This document shows positions 43,909 through 54,401 of a stretch of 64,000 bases of DNA, piece by piece. The translations under genes were made by a program, and so were the position numbers. The notes beneath the pieces were generated by a model. The model was not told the DNA's origin. It made no database searches and saw only the letters and a list, made by a program, of their open reading frames with translations. The DNA lies in sequence record MT708547.1. One strand, written 5' to 3'. Each line of letters starts with the position of its first letter. Position 1 is the stretch's first letter.

Positions 43909-44436
43909 ATGTTTGGTATATTATATAAATGTAATGATGGTAGAGACTATTATTGTACTTCTTCGAGATTTGCACATTTCTCAGAAGATATTGAATCGAT
44001 TGCTGAATTTGCACAACAAAAAACTGCTGAAAAAATTGCAAACCATTTTACCAAAACAAATGATTTTGAAGAATTATATGGTACTGGTAAATTGTTAGTG
44101 ATTAAAGTAGTTAAAGTTCCTTTAAGTCTAAAGGAAATTCCATTGATTAAACTAAAATCTGGATACCGAATTTATTCAGAAGAAAATGATGAATATTATA
44201 GTGGTAATAAAAATCCAAAAAGTTTCAATCATTTAAATCTTGATGATTTACATTGTAGTACTGTTTATAAGTCAGAAAAAGAAGCACAAAAAACGATTGA
44301 TGCTATGATTAAAGAATTTTATGATTATGCATTCAACACTTATGAACCAGGTCATAATCGTTATGAATATCATGTAAAGATGTATGAAACAGATTACATC
44401 ATTGCTTCTAAATTAAAAATTGTTTATATTGAATAA
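43909..44436 (+). CDS. Hypothetical protein
   Basis: 175 aa with GAGGA RBS. Confidence 0.65.
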   Translation: MFGILYKCNDGRDYYCTSSRFAHFSEDIESIAEFAQQKTAEKIANHFTKTNDFEELYGTGKLLVIKVVKVPLSLKEIPLIKLKSGYRIYSEENDEYYSGNKNPKSFNHLNLDDLHCSTVYKSEKEAQKTIDAMIKEFYDYAFNTYEPGHNRYEYHVKMYETDYIIASKLKIVYIE

Positions 44437-44501
44437 AAAAAGCTTGACATATAAATTGACAATGATATAATAATTGCAAATCAACCAAAGAGTAAATTTG
44501 T

Positions 44502-44741
44502 ATGAAATATTATAATGGCTTTAGTGATATTGGTGTAAAGTTTGAAAATGGTAAAGGATACTATTTCCATGGTATGTCACCGTGGATTGAAACCAATGTA
44601 TCTGAGGGATTAATTAAGTCCCTTGCATACTATAAAAAACTTAATGAATATGATATTCCTATGCGTGAAAAATCATCATTCAGTACTTCAATCGTTGATA
44701 ACAAAGATCTTCTTATGGAGAAATTTAATGCCTTATCGTAA
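44502..44741 (+). CDS. Hypothetical protein
   Basis: 79 aa after promoter 44444-44471. Confidence 0.6.
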   Translation: MKYYNGFSDIGVKFENGKGYYFHGMSPWIETNVSEGLIKSLAYYKKLNEYDIPMREKSSFSTSIVDNKDLLMEKFNALS

Positions 44742-44886
44742 AAGTCGCGGTGAAATGCATCCAGAAACCAAAGCCTCATTAATGAATACGATGCTGATTG
44801 GAACAAATTATCATTACATTGTTATTGATGGCAAAATTCATAAAATTAATGTCAAAAAAATCCTTGACGAACGTCCTGATCTTTGA
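44728..44886 (+). CDS. Small hypothetical protein
   Basis: MPYRKSRGEM..., GGAG RBS. Confidence 0.5.
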   Translation: MPYRKSRGEMHPETKASLMNTMLIGTNYHYIVIDGKIHKINVKKILDERPDL

Positions 44887-44934
44887 TATAATCGTTCATA
44901 TCATCTACTGATACTATTAATTAAAGGAAATACC

Positions 44935-45366
44935 ATGAAATCTAAAATTCAGATGCGTCGTGCCAAACATATGATTGCTATTTGGTTAAAACCAGGTGAT
45001 AAAGAATCATTAAAAGATGCATTTGATACTGCTAAACGTTGCTGGAATCGTTCTTCACAACGTGTATTGAAAACATGGGCTAAGGAACTCTATAAGAATC
45101 CCGAACGTTATGAATTCACTGGTATGGCACATAAAGAGTTGAAATTGGAAGATTTCTTCACTGAAGATGATTGTCAATATGTACTGGATACTGTACAAGA
45201 ACACGTATCAGGTAGTGACAATCATTATGCTATTCGTAGTATTATTCAGCACAAATGGGTTTATGGACTCAGCACTGATTACGCTATCCAATATGGATTA
45301 GAAGCATACTTTGGTAAAGGTTTGAAATTTCGTCCTAAACGTCCAGTACTGAAAGGTATCAAATAA
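44935..45366 (+). CDS. Hypothetical protein
   Basis: 143 aa; promoter TTGACG-N17-TATAAT at 44864-44892. Confidence 0.7.
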   Translation: MKSKIQMRRAKHMIAIWLKPGDKESLKDAFDTAKRCWNRSSQRVLKTWAKELYKNPERYEFTGMAHKELKLEDFFTEDDCQYVLDTVQEHVSGSDNHYAIRSIIQHKWVYGLSTDYAIQYGLEAYFGKGLKFRPKRPVLKGIK

Positions 45367-45722
45367 TGAAACAATATGCTATCAAATATAAACCCAATGG
45401 GAAAATCATTTCTTTGTATAATACAAAAGAAGCTGCATTGGATCGTTGTAAGTTTATTGGTGGTGATTCTAATGTATTTGGTGTATTTGAAGTATTTGTA
45501 TATTTTGACCGTTATGATTCATCATATGAATGGATCGGTGTAGTACTGAAATCTAATAATACTGTATTGAATATCTTTGCTGATACTGGTGAAATTTCTA
45601 ATAGTTGCCAGTACTTAATTAAAAACAAGCATTGCTATACCAAAAATGTACAGATCCGTACTAATGGAAAAGAAATCAAAGCACCAAAAGTCAAAAAAGA
45701 TGAGTTTTCATTTGAGGATTAA
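45366..45722 (+). CDS. Hypothetical protein
   Basis: 118 aa, coupled. Confidence 0.6.
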   Translation: MKQYAIKYKPNGKIISLYNTKEAALDRCKFIGGDSNVFGVFEVFVYFDRYDSSYEWIGVVLKSNNTVLNIFADTGEISNSCQYLIKNKHCYTKNVQIRTNGKEIKAPKVKKDEFSFED

Positions 45723-45725
45723 ATA

Positions 45726-46268
45726 ATGGCTGGTATTGAAAAAGTTTGTGAATATAGTGGTGAATATCCAGGTGGTTTAATGTATGGATATAAGCGTAAT
45801 CATATTCAGGTTATTCCAAAATATCGCAAAGAATTTCGTGGTAAGAAAGCAACACTGCATGTATTTAAAAATGGTTTAAAAGAAGTATATAAATGTGGTG
45901 CACGAAGTGATGCAGAACTCAAATGCATAAATCCTAATCCAACTGAAGAGAATTGGGATAATCATGAGTATTATCGAATGGGTAAACGTACTCCCTGGGG
46001 AAAACCAGAAGTTTATGGTGTGTTCTTTGAAAATATCAAAGAATATAAAAATGCATTGAAGCAATATCATCAACGCCTTCTAATGGAATATGCTTATATT
46101 CTTGAAGTTCCAGAAGTTCAAGGCGAAGTCAATGGTTTGTACAGTAATTACAGTACAGATCTGACTTCGGTAAAACGCCGTATTCGTCGTTTGGTTGGAC
46201 GAAAAAACTTGACAATCATTTATCATGATTGTACAATGTACGAATTCTATGAATCATTGGGGTATTAA
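45726..46268 (+). CDS. Hypothetical protein
   Basis: 180 aa with GAGGA RBS. Confidence 0.65.
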   Translation: MAGIEKVCEYSGEYPGGLMYGYKRNHIQVIPKYRKEFRGKKATLHVFKNGLKEVYKCGARSDAELKCINPNPTEENWDNHEYYRMGKRTPWGKPEVYGVFFENIKEYKNALKQYHQRLLMEYAYILEVPEVQGEVNGLYSNYSTDLTSVKRRIRRLVGRKNLTIIYHDCTMYEFYESLGY

Positions 46269-46269
46269 T

Positions 46270-46536
46270 ATGAAAAAGATTATCATTGCAGCATTGCTCT
46301 GTACTCTAACTGGAGTAGTATCCAGTACAGCAAATGCTTCTCTTCTTGGTAATAACAACAATAAAGAAGAACAAAAAGGAAAATACCATATTACATGTTG
46401 GCATCCAAATGGTAGTGAATACGTAAATCGTGATATTAAAGACTTTTATTCTTATAATTCTTTACTATTGAAGATTATCAATTTAAATGATAGTGTTGAC
46501 TATGTTAATAGTGAATGTTATATTGAAAAATATTAA
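46270..46536 (+). CDS. Putative secreted protein
   Basis: Signal-peptide-like MKKIIIAALLCTLTGVVSSTANA. Confidence 0.6.
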   Translation: MKKIIIAALLCTLTGVVSSTANASLLGNNNNKEEQKGKYHITCWHPNGSEYVNRDIKDFYSYNSLLLKIINLNDSVDYVNSECYIEKY

Positions 46537-46726
46537 TTCTATTTCGAGAAATATGGTTTGGTTAATACAATCGATATTTCTTAATATATTGACATTGTTG
46601 ATTTTATTTACACCATCCATGATATATGTATATTTTGGTGGTAGTGATCCAAATATTGAATTTTCATGCAGAGTATTGGGATTTATTATTTGGTTGACCA
46701 TTCTTTTATATATAATGAGAAAATAA
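46487..46726 (+). CDS. Small membrane protein
   Basis: Two hydrophobic segments; start uncertain. Confidence 0.45.
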   Translation: MIVLTMLIVNVILKNINSISRNMVWLIQSIFLNILTLLILFTPSMIYVYFGGSDPNIEFSCRVLGFIIWLTILLYIMRK

Positions 46727-46727
46727 T

Positions 46728-47557
<830 letters not shown>

Positions 47558-47561
<4 letters not shown>

Positions 47562-47830
47562 AAATTTTAAAACTTCGTGTATCTGATTTTAGTTCAGAAA
47601 TTTATGTTGGTAACGATTTTAGCCCAGATCCTCTCGAAATGCTTGAAAAGATTCGCACTGCTGGTGCTATTGGGACTGAAACAGATCGTACAATGCATTT
47701 TCTTACTGAATCTAAAGATAAATTCGAAAAAGCACAAGAAGATGTAAAAAAGCTCTTGACAAAGAATGGTTATGTACTATATAATCCATGTACTGTCCTG
47801 ATTGATTGTAAGACTGAGAAGAGAAAATAA
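47558..47830 (+). CDS. Hypothetical protein
   Basis: 90 aa, ATGA overlap. Confidence 0.6.
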
Positions 47831-48128
47831 TATGTCAGAATTGCAAGAAAAATACATCTCTCTTAAAAAAGAACTCAACTCTGCTAAAGAGCAGAAAGAA
47901 AAATTGCTACCGCGTTATAAAGAACTCAATGAACTAGATAACAACGGATATAGTGTTGCACTAAATGACTTGGTAAATAAACGTACCAAAGCAGAAGAAC
48001 GCGAGTTTAATAACCTAAGCAAAAATATTAGTGCACTAAATAGCAAAATCACTGGATTGCAGAAAACGATCATCAAACTCGGTTCTGAAATCCTTGAAGA
48101 AATCGCTAAAAAAGCTGAACAAAATTAA
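47802..48128 (+). CDS. Coiled-coil hypothetical protein
   Basis: Heptad-rich; start is probably the internal ATG. Confidence 0.6.
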   Translation: MIVRLRRENNMSELQEKYISLKKELNSAKEQKEKLLPRYKELNELDNNGYSVALNDLVNKRTKAEEREFNNLSKNISALNSKITGLQKTIIKLGSEILEEIAKKAEQN

Positions 48129-48183
48129 TTTTTAGTGATATAATATAAGCATCAGTAAAAAAACTGATAAACATGGCGTCTCA

Positions 48184-48429
48184 ATGAAGAGACATTCTAT
48201 AAAAGAAACAAAAAAGGGTTATACAACAATGGCTAATGAAGTAAACAACAACGAACTAATCGATATCACCGATGTTGAACGTACTGAAAACTACATTCAG
48301 TTCCAAATCTCTCAAGCAGAATCGATGTTGGAAGAACATCATCGCATTGGTTCCAGGCCATTTATTTTCCACCACATTGTGACGTGGAAGAAAAATCTTC
48401 AATCTGAGCTTGATGCTCTTCGTAAGTAA
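48184..48429 (+). CDS. Hypothetical protein
   Basis: 81-aa ORF after a promoter-like element. Confidence 0.55.
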   Translation: MKRHSIKETKKGYTTMANEVNNNELIDITDVERTENYIQFQISQAESMLEEHHRIGSRPFIFHHIVTWKKNLQSELDALRK

Positions 48430-48508
48430 TATCAAATCCAGCCACTACGTATATGTAGTGGCTATTATTTTAAGTACATGTTTAAGTACATTACAAAGGT
48501 GAATTATC

Positions 48509-49012
<504 letters not shown>

Positions 49013-49040
49013 TATTTTATAATAAAAAGGGATATTTTAT

Positions 49041-49286
49041 ATGAATGAAAAAATTGTAAAACTAAACACTTTACTACAAGAAATTGTAGATCTAAGTTCT
49101 CACATGGATGATACACATATTCATATGGTTGAGGAATTATGTTCATCTGTACTTGCAGTATTTGCTGATCATGATTATGTTCCTATGGTACACGTAGAGG
49201 CACCTGAAGAAGACGGCGAAACTGAAATTTCTCCTGGTGTATTTGCTGTTCGCAAGGACAATAAAATTACGATTGTTAAAAAATAA
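49041..49286 (+). CDS. Hypothetical protein
   Basis: 81-aa ORF. Confidence 0.6.
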   Translation: MNEKIVKLNTLLQEIVDLSSHMDDTHIHMVEELCSSVLAVFADHDYVPMVHVEAPEEDGETEISPGVFAVRKDNKITIVKK

Positions 49287-49319
49287 TATTAAGGAGACTA
49301 CTAATAGTCTCCTTTATTT

Positions 49320-50218
<899 letters not shown>

Positions 50219-50220
50219 AT

Positions 50221-50427
50221 ATGCATGTAAAAATTAACCCAGAAAAGAACTTTTATAATGAAGTATTCGGTTCTGAAGATTTAGTACGTCATTTTCCTGA
50301 ATTAGAAACAACTGGCGTCGAAGTTTATTATGATGGTGACTTGTATCATATCATTAAAGATGGTAAACTAGCTGGAGATTGCTGTTTCTTTGATGAAGAA
50401 GAAATGGAACATCTTACCATTCTATAA
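50221..50427 (+). CDS. Hypothetical protein
   Basis: 68-aa ORF. Confidence 0.6.
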   Translation: MHVKINPEKNFYNEVFGSEDLVRHFPELETTGVEVYYDGDLYHIIKDGKLAGDCCFFDEEEMEHLTIL

Positions 50428-50444
50428 ATAAAAAATGGAGGCGA

Positions 50445-50588
50445 CTGTATTCAGTACTGAATCAATTGATCGTTGCGTAATCAGATTCAGTTAGCGTAGT
50501 ATTAGCTGGGACGCGTACTTGTGATCCGCAACCACAACGTACTTAAAATCCAACGCGTGGAGGGTAAGCATTCTGTACTGAATAGCAG
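50445..50588 (+). ncRNA. Putative structured ncRNA with loop-loop complementarity
   Basis: Closing stem TATTCAGTAC/GTACTGAATA; loops contain GTTGCG and CGCAAC. Confidence 0.55.
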
Positions 50589-50616
50589 AAGGGCTACAAA
50601 AACTTATACTTCAAAA

Positions 50617-50794
50617 AGGTTCGGGAAGTATTCGTAATAAACCGTTTAATCGTCTTATCAGTACTATGAACAACCAATATATTTGTGGTGGATATTATTG
50701 GACTCAAGTAGATGATATTATCTTTGTACGCTTTCTAACCAAAAGGTCAGATAATAAAAATGTAAGAAAATTTCAGTACTGATAGCTGGAACCT
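50617..50794 (+). ncRNA. Putative multibranch ncRNA
   Basis: Nested stems AGGTTC/GAACCT, TATCAGTACT/AGTACTGATA, CCAATA/TATTGG, ATTATCT/AGATAAT. Confidence 0.45.
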
Positions 50795-50853
50795 TACTAT
50801 AGTAAAAAAAGACCTGATATGACTCGCTTAGGTCTTTAAATTATATAATGCGA

Positions 50854-50925
50854 GGGACGCTACGCCTTAGTTTAGGGCTAAATCGTAAGGATTGAGTACT
50901 AAACCGCCTTGAGAGTCCCAAGGCA
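50854..50925 (+). ncRNA. Putative pseudoknotted ncRNA
   Basis: GGGAC/GTCCC crossing GCCTT/AAGGC; GC-rich and intergenic. Confidence 0.45.
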
Positions 50926-51073
50926 ACTTTTAATTTAAACAAATTTGTACAAAACACAAAAAGGTGATATAATGATTCTATCTGAAGAAGATTGGGGTGT
51001 TTATCCTAAAGACGAATTTGATGGATTTTAATAAAAAATCTTGAACAAAAACAAAATAATGTGATATAATATT

Positions 51074-51205
51074 AGTACTGAATGAGGATAGGTGCAGTTG
51101 GTGAGATACCTCATGAGAAATCATAGACACCGTAGAAAGCGAAGGGCTTGGTGAGCGACGGCAATAGACAAGCATAGTAGAGGCTTGAAGAACTCATTTA
51201 GTACT
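51074..51205 (+). ncRNA. Repeated ncRNA family B, copy 1
   Basis: Closing stem AGTACTGAATGAG/CTCATTTAGTACT; shares motifs with 51804-51903; promoter at 51041-51070. Confidence 0.65.
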
Positions 51206-51309
51206 TTTTTAATTTAAAGAATTGTGCACTAGTTGTTTTAAATCAGTAAAACACCGAAGATGCAAGTACTATGTAGTATGTCAAAATCAAATACAATAAG
51301 AGTATACAT

Positions 51310-51783
51310 ATGAAAGTCGAATTGGGAAGTACTATCAAAGCAGGTTATACTGTTTCAGTTACAACGTGGGAAAATGATGGAGATAATTATCAAACAAATG
51401 ACATTGTAGGTTTATCTAAAGAAGATGCAAAAATGTTTATTGATACTTTACCCATTTTTAAATGCGTTCATAGTAAAAAGAAAGGTCTTGGAAACAAAGA
51501 ACTTAATATTAACCAGTACTTGGGTAAGTTCGAAGACCTAATCAATAACAATATTATCACAGTGTCATTTGCTGAAAAATATTTTGGTTATATTAACCCA
51601 AATAGTGATTATGATGAAGATGAACAACAAGACACGATTATTGAAGCATTGTCTGAAATTCTAGGATATCCAGTTGAATACGATTATGGTTTTATCAGAG
51701 TCTTTGAAAAAGTTCAAGTACTCTACTTCGATGAAGATACCGTAATTCCTTCAGGTTTGAAAGTAGACACCAGTACTTTATAA
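51310..51783 (+). CDS. Hypothetical protein
   Basis: 157-aa ORF. Confidence 0.65.
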   Translation: MKVELGSTIKAGYTVSVTTWENDGDNYQTNDIVGLSKEDAKMFIDTLPIFKCVHSKKKGLGNKELNINQYLGKFEDLINNNIITVSFAEKYFGYINPNSDYDEDEQQDTIIEALSEILGYPVEYDYGFIRVFEKVQVLYFDEDTVIPSGLKVDTSTL

Positions 51784-51803
51784 CATATAAAATACAGAAC
51801 AAA

Positions 51804-51903
51804 TACTGAATGAGGATAGGTCATTGTGACCGGATGAAGTGAAAGGCTTGGTGAGCGACGGCAAAACCCAACCGTAGTAGAAGCTCTAGGAACTTATTCA
51901 GTA
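51804..51903 (+). ncRNA. Repeated ncRNA family B, copy 2
   Basis: TACTGAATGAG/CTTATTCAGTA; GGCTTGGTGAGCGACGGCAA identical to copy 1. Confidence 0.65.
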
Positions 51904-51924
51904 CATTTTAATTTAAAGAATTAT

Positions 51925-52020
51925 GTGGGTGTGGCGGTATTGGTTGTACGCAAAGGTCTTAAAAACCTTCAGAGGGCTTAAAATGCATTCCTCTTGTGAG
52001 TTCGAATCTCATCACCCGTA
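51925..52020 (+). tRNA. tRNA-Leu(TAA), CCA not encoded
   Basis: AAGGT-CT-TAA-AA-ACCTT anticodon arm, long variable arm, GTGAG-TTCGAAT-CTCAT T-arm. Confidence 0.85.
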
Positions 52021-52049
52021 CTCATTAAATAGTCAATGGATTGACACAA

Positions 52050-52868
52050 ATGGCAAGAAAAGATATATTAGAACAAAAAGAATTAATATTAGATTTAATT
52101 TCCAAGAATACCGCAAAATCAACAATATGTAAGATTTTAAATTGTAAATCATCAACGTTAGATACGTATTTGAAAAAGATGGGTATTATATATAAAGGAA
52201 ATCAATCTGGTAAAGGAACAAAGAAAGGAACACATTCAAAATATGTAGAAGCTTCACATTTTCTTAATAAAAATTCATCAATATCATCTAATCAATTAAA
52301 ACTAAAATTATTGAGAGAAGGATATTTTGAACATAAATGTTCAAAATGTGAATTGACAGAATGGATGGGTAAACGAATACCAATTGAATTGGAACACATA
52401 GATGGTGATAATACAAATAACGAATTATCAAATCTATGTATGTTATGCCCAAATTGTCACGCACAAACCGATACATATAAAGGAAAAAATAAAAAATCAG
52501 TTCGTGAAAAGAAACATATACAAGAAATTTTAAATTTTGAAAATTCTTTTGAACGTTCAGAAATAAAAGATAAAGTTGGGAAGAAAATTAGAATTTCCAA
52601 AATTAAAAAATGTGAAGAATGTGGTAATGAATATAAAGGTAAAAATAAAAAATATTGTTCACGTGTTTGTATGCATTTATCACAAAAAAAATTTCTTTTG
52701 ACATACGAAGAACTTAAAGAAATAATTTGGAAATATCCAAGAACAAAAATAGGAGAAATGTATGGTGTTTCTGATAATACTGTCTTGAAACGTTGTAAAC
52801 TTCTTGATATAGAAGTTCCACCATTGGGATATTTCATAAGTTCAAAATATAAAGATAATAATCAATAA
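52050..52868 (+). mobile_element. Free-standing HNH homing endonuclease
   Basis: CSKCELTEWMGKRIPIELEHIDGDNTNNELSNLCMLCPNCHAQT; C-terminal Zn finger and HTH-like segment. Confidence 0.9.
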
Positions 52869-52884
52869 TAAATATAATAACAAA

Positions 52885-52960
<76 letters not shown>

Positions 52961-52965
52961 AATTC

Positions 52966-53061
52966 AACAGGTAGTAACGCTCTTAGGTGTACATTAATAT
53001 AGGAATAAGGGTTAACAGTACTGTACACAAACGAGTAACCCCGAAAGACCCGAAACCTGTT
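52966..53061 (+). ncRNA. Putative structured ncRNA
   Basis: AACAGGT/ACCTGTT closing stem; GTGTACA/TGTACAC; GGGTTA/TAACCC pseudoknot candidate. Confidence 0.5.
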
Positions 53062-53071
53062 AAAGTTTTAC

Positions 53072-53121
53072 GGATGATTATAAATCTGAATTGACAGAAA
53101 CAGCTAAAACTGTTATTATCC
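53072..53121 (+). ncRNA. Repeated 50-nt ncRNA family A, copy 1
   Basis: GGATGAT/ATTATCC, TATAAATCTGAATTGACAG core, AACAG/CTGTT hairpin. Confidence 0.7.
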
Positions 53122-53129
53122 TATTTTAT

Positions 53130-53313
53130 TCCACAATCAGACGTATATGGTGTAAGTTACGTCGATGAAATCCAGAACAAGATCTCTGGTACTCTAGGAA
53201 GTGGTGAATGTTAACCTAGACGGGTTTGTTAATTGGACGATAAGCAATTAATACTTGACTAGCAGGTTTAAACTAGAGGTGACTGTCCTTCACTAAACTG
53301 GAAAACCGGATGG
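53130..53313 (+). ncRNA. Putative multi-hairpin ncRNA
   Basis: Hairpins GACGT/ACGTC, CCAGA/TCTGG, TCTAGG/CCTAGA, TTAATTG/CAATTAA, CTAG/CTAG. Confidence 0.45.
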
Positions 53314-53332
53314 ATTTTTAATTAAAAAAGTG

Positions 53333-53361
53333 TTGAACAAAATGTTCAATAATGATATAAT
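53333..53361 (+). promoter_or_regulatory. Sigma70-like promoter with a palindrome over the -35
   Basis: TTGAAC-N17-TATAAT containing TGAAC-N5-GTTCA. Confidence 0.7.
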
Positions 53362-53370
53362 AATTATCAA

Positions 53371-53443
53371 TGTAAGGCGTGGAACAATGTTTACATAAGT
53401 TACTTAGTAGCCTGTACGCCCCACGTCAAGGTAGCCGAAAGGC
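53371..53443 (+). ncRNA. Putative pseudoknotted ncRNA
   Basis: TGTAA/TTACA crossing GGCGTGG/CCACGTC; GCC-GAAA-GGC hairpin. Confidence 0.45.
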
Positions 53444-53452
53444 AAGTTTAAT

Positions 53453-53502
53453 GGGTGGTTATAAATCTGAATTGACAGAGACTATTAAAACAGTCACCAT
53501 CC
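53453..53502 (+). ncRNA. Repeated 50-nt ncRNA family A, copy 2
   Basis: GGGTGGT/ACCATCC; same core; GACT/AGTC. Confidence 0.7.
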
Positions 53503-53688
53503 AAATTTTAATTTAATAGTTTAGTATGAATAAAAAACAAATACATAAACAATATGATGAAATTGCAGTGAAGGTTTTTCGTGGTGAATTAGGTTATAAA
53601 CCATCTGTTAAATCTAAATATTCAAAATCTTCTTCACTAAAATTCAATCATAAAATAGAGTTTAAATAGTACTGGACAATAATATATA

Positions 53689-54138
53689 ATGAATATCACT
53701 AATGTAAAAGATTTTTTAGAATATTTTATTAAGAATACTCGTGCACGTGATGAATTAGAAAAGAATGGATTCATCCAAGGTTACGATTGCACTAATTTCT
53801 TTTATACTATTGATAAACATGAATATTATGTCGATGCAATTTTAATTGATGATGATGGGTATTGCGTTGGATTTTCGTTCGAAGATATATCACAAGATGC
53901 ACCAATAAACTTTTATGCATTATATTATAATAAAAAAGATAATATTTTGAAATTAGGATTTACCAGTGACACGGATGAAGATGTTGTATTCAATTGTAAC
54001 ACATGGTTGGAACATGATTCATTCTTTCAAAGTACATTAATTCATAACTTTATGACAACAGATTTAGAGTACTGGAAAACTTGTATAGAATTACTTAATG
54101 TAATTTATAATGAACAAGTCAAACAAAAATGGCAATAA
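53689..54138 (+). CDS. F[QM]xS-module family protein
   Basis: WLEHDSFFQSTLIHNFMTTDLEYWKTCIEL. Confidence 0.7.
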   Translation: MNITNVKDFLEYFIKNTRARDELEKNGFIQGYDCTNFFYTIDKHEYYVDAILIDDDGYCVGFSFEDISQDAPINFYALYYNKKDNILKLGFTSDTDEDVVFNCNTWLEHDSFFQSTLIHNFMTTDLEYWKTCIELLNVIYNEQVKQKWQ

Positions 54139-54203
54139 TCACAGAACGGTTCAGCATTTGGTAGTATGTTTGACTGAATAAAGCATAAACGTTTAAAAAA
54201 GTG

Positions 54204-54231
54204 TTGAACAAAAAGTTCAGTACTGTATAAT
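54204..54231 (+). promoter_or_regulatory. Promoter for tRNA-Arg
   Basis: TTGAAC-N16-TATAAT with TGAAC-N5-GTTCA. Confidence 0.65.
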
Positions 54232-54242
54232 TGACTTACTAC

Positions 54243-54316
54243 GTCCCCTTAGTTCAGTTGGATAGAACAACTGCCTTCTAAGCAGTAGGTCACTGGTTCG
54301 AGTCCAGTAGGGGATA
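54243..54316 (+). tRNA. tRNA-Arg(TCT)
   Basis: ACTGC-CT-TCT-AA-GCAGT; ACTGG-TTCGAGT-CCAGT. Confidence 0.92.
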
Positions 54317-54372
54317 TACCATACAATATGGGAATAGTTAGAAGATATTCCCAATTTTAATTTAAAAAAGTG

Positions 54373-54401
54373 TTGAACAAAAAGTTCAATAATGATATAA
54401 T
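54373..54401 (+). promoter_or_regulatory. Promoter for tRNA-Ser(GCT)
   Basis: TTGAAC-N17-TATAAT with TGAAC-N5-GTTCA. Confidence 0.7.

Noticed and set aside
50430-50600. Lysine riboswitch (GGAGGCG start plus kissing loops)
   Set aside because: The loop-E and junction consensus and the P4/P5 helices are not recognisable, and there is no lysine-related gene downstream.
50854-50925. Twister ribozyme (GAGGG and GTCCCAAG words)
   Set aside because: P1, P2 and P4 cannot be formed in any permutation, and L4 is not the consensus.
50972-51031. 19-aa ORF MILSEEDWGVYPKDEFDGF with an AAGGTG RBS, and a 47-aa ORF at 53526..53669
   Set aside because: Too short to support without expression or conservation data, so not called as features.
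51923-52132. ORFs overlapping tRNAs (51923..52132 and 55215..55520)
   Set aside because: They overlap tRNA-Leu and tRNA-Asn, which explain the sequence better.
52966-53061. Hammerhead ribozyme: AACAG-GUA at the 5' end pairs with GAAAC-CUGUU like stem III
   Set aside because: There is no CUGANGA core and no stems I and II in the required places.
53072-53502. HDV-like theta ribozymes next to tRNAs
   Set aside because: The 50-nt repeats are closed end-to-end rather than forming a nested double pseudoknot. The 53376 element lacks P3/L3 and the J4/2 cytosine context.
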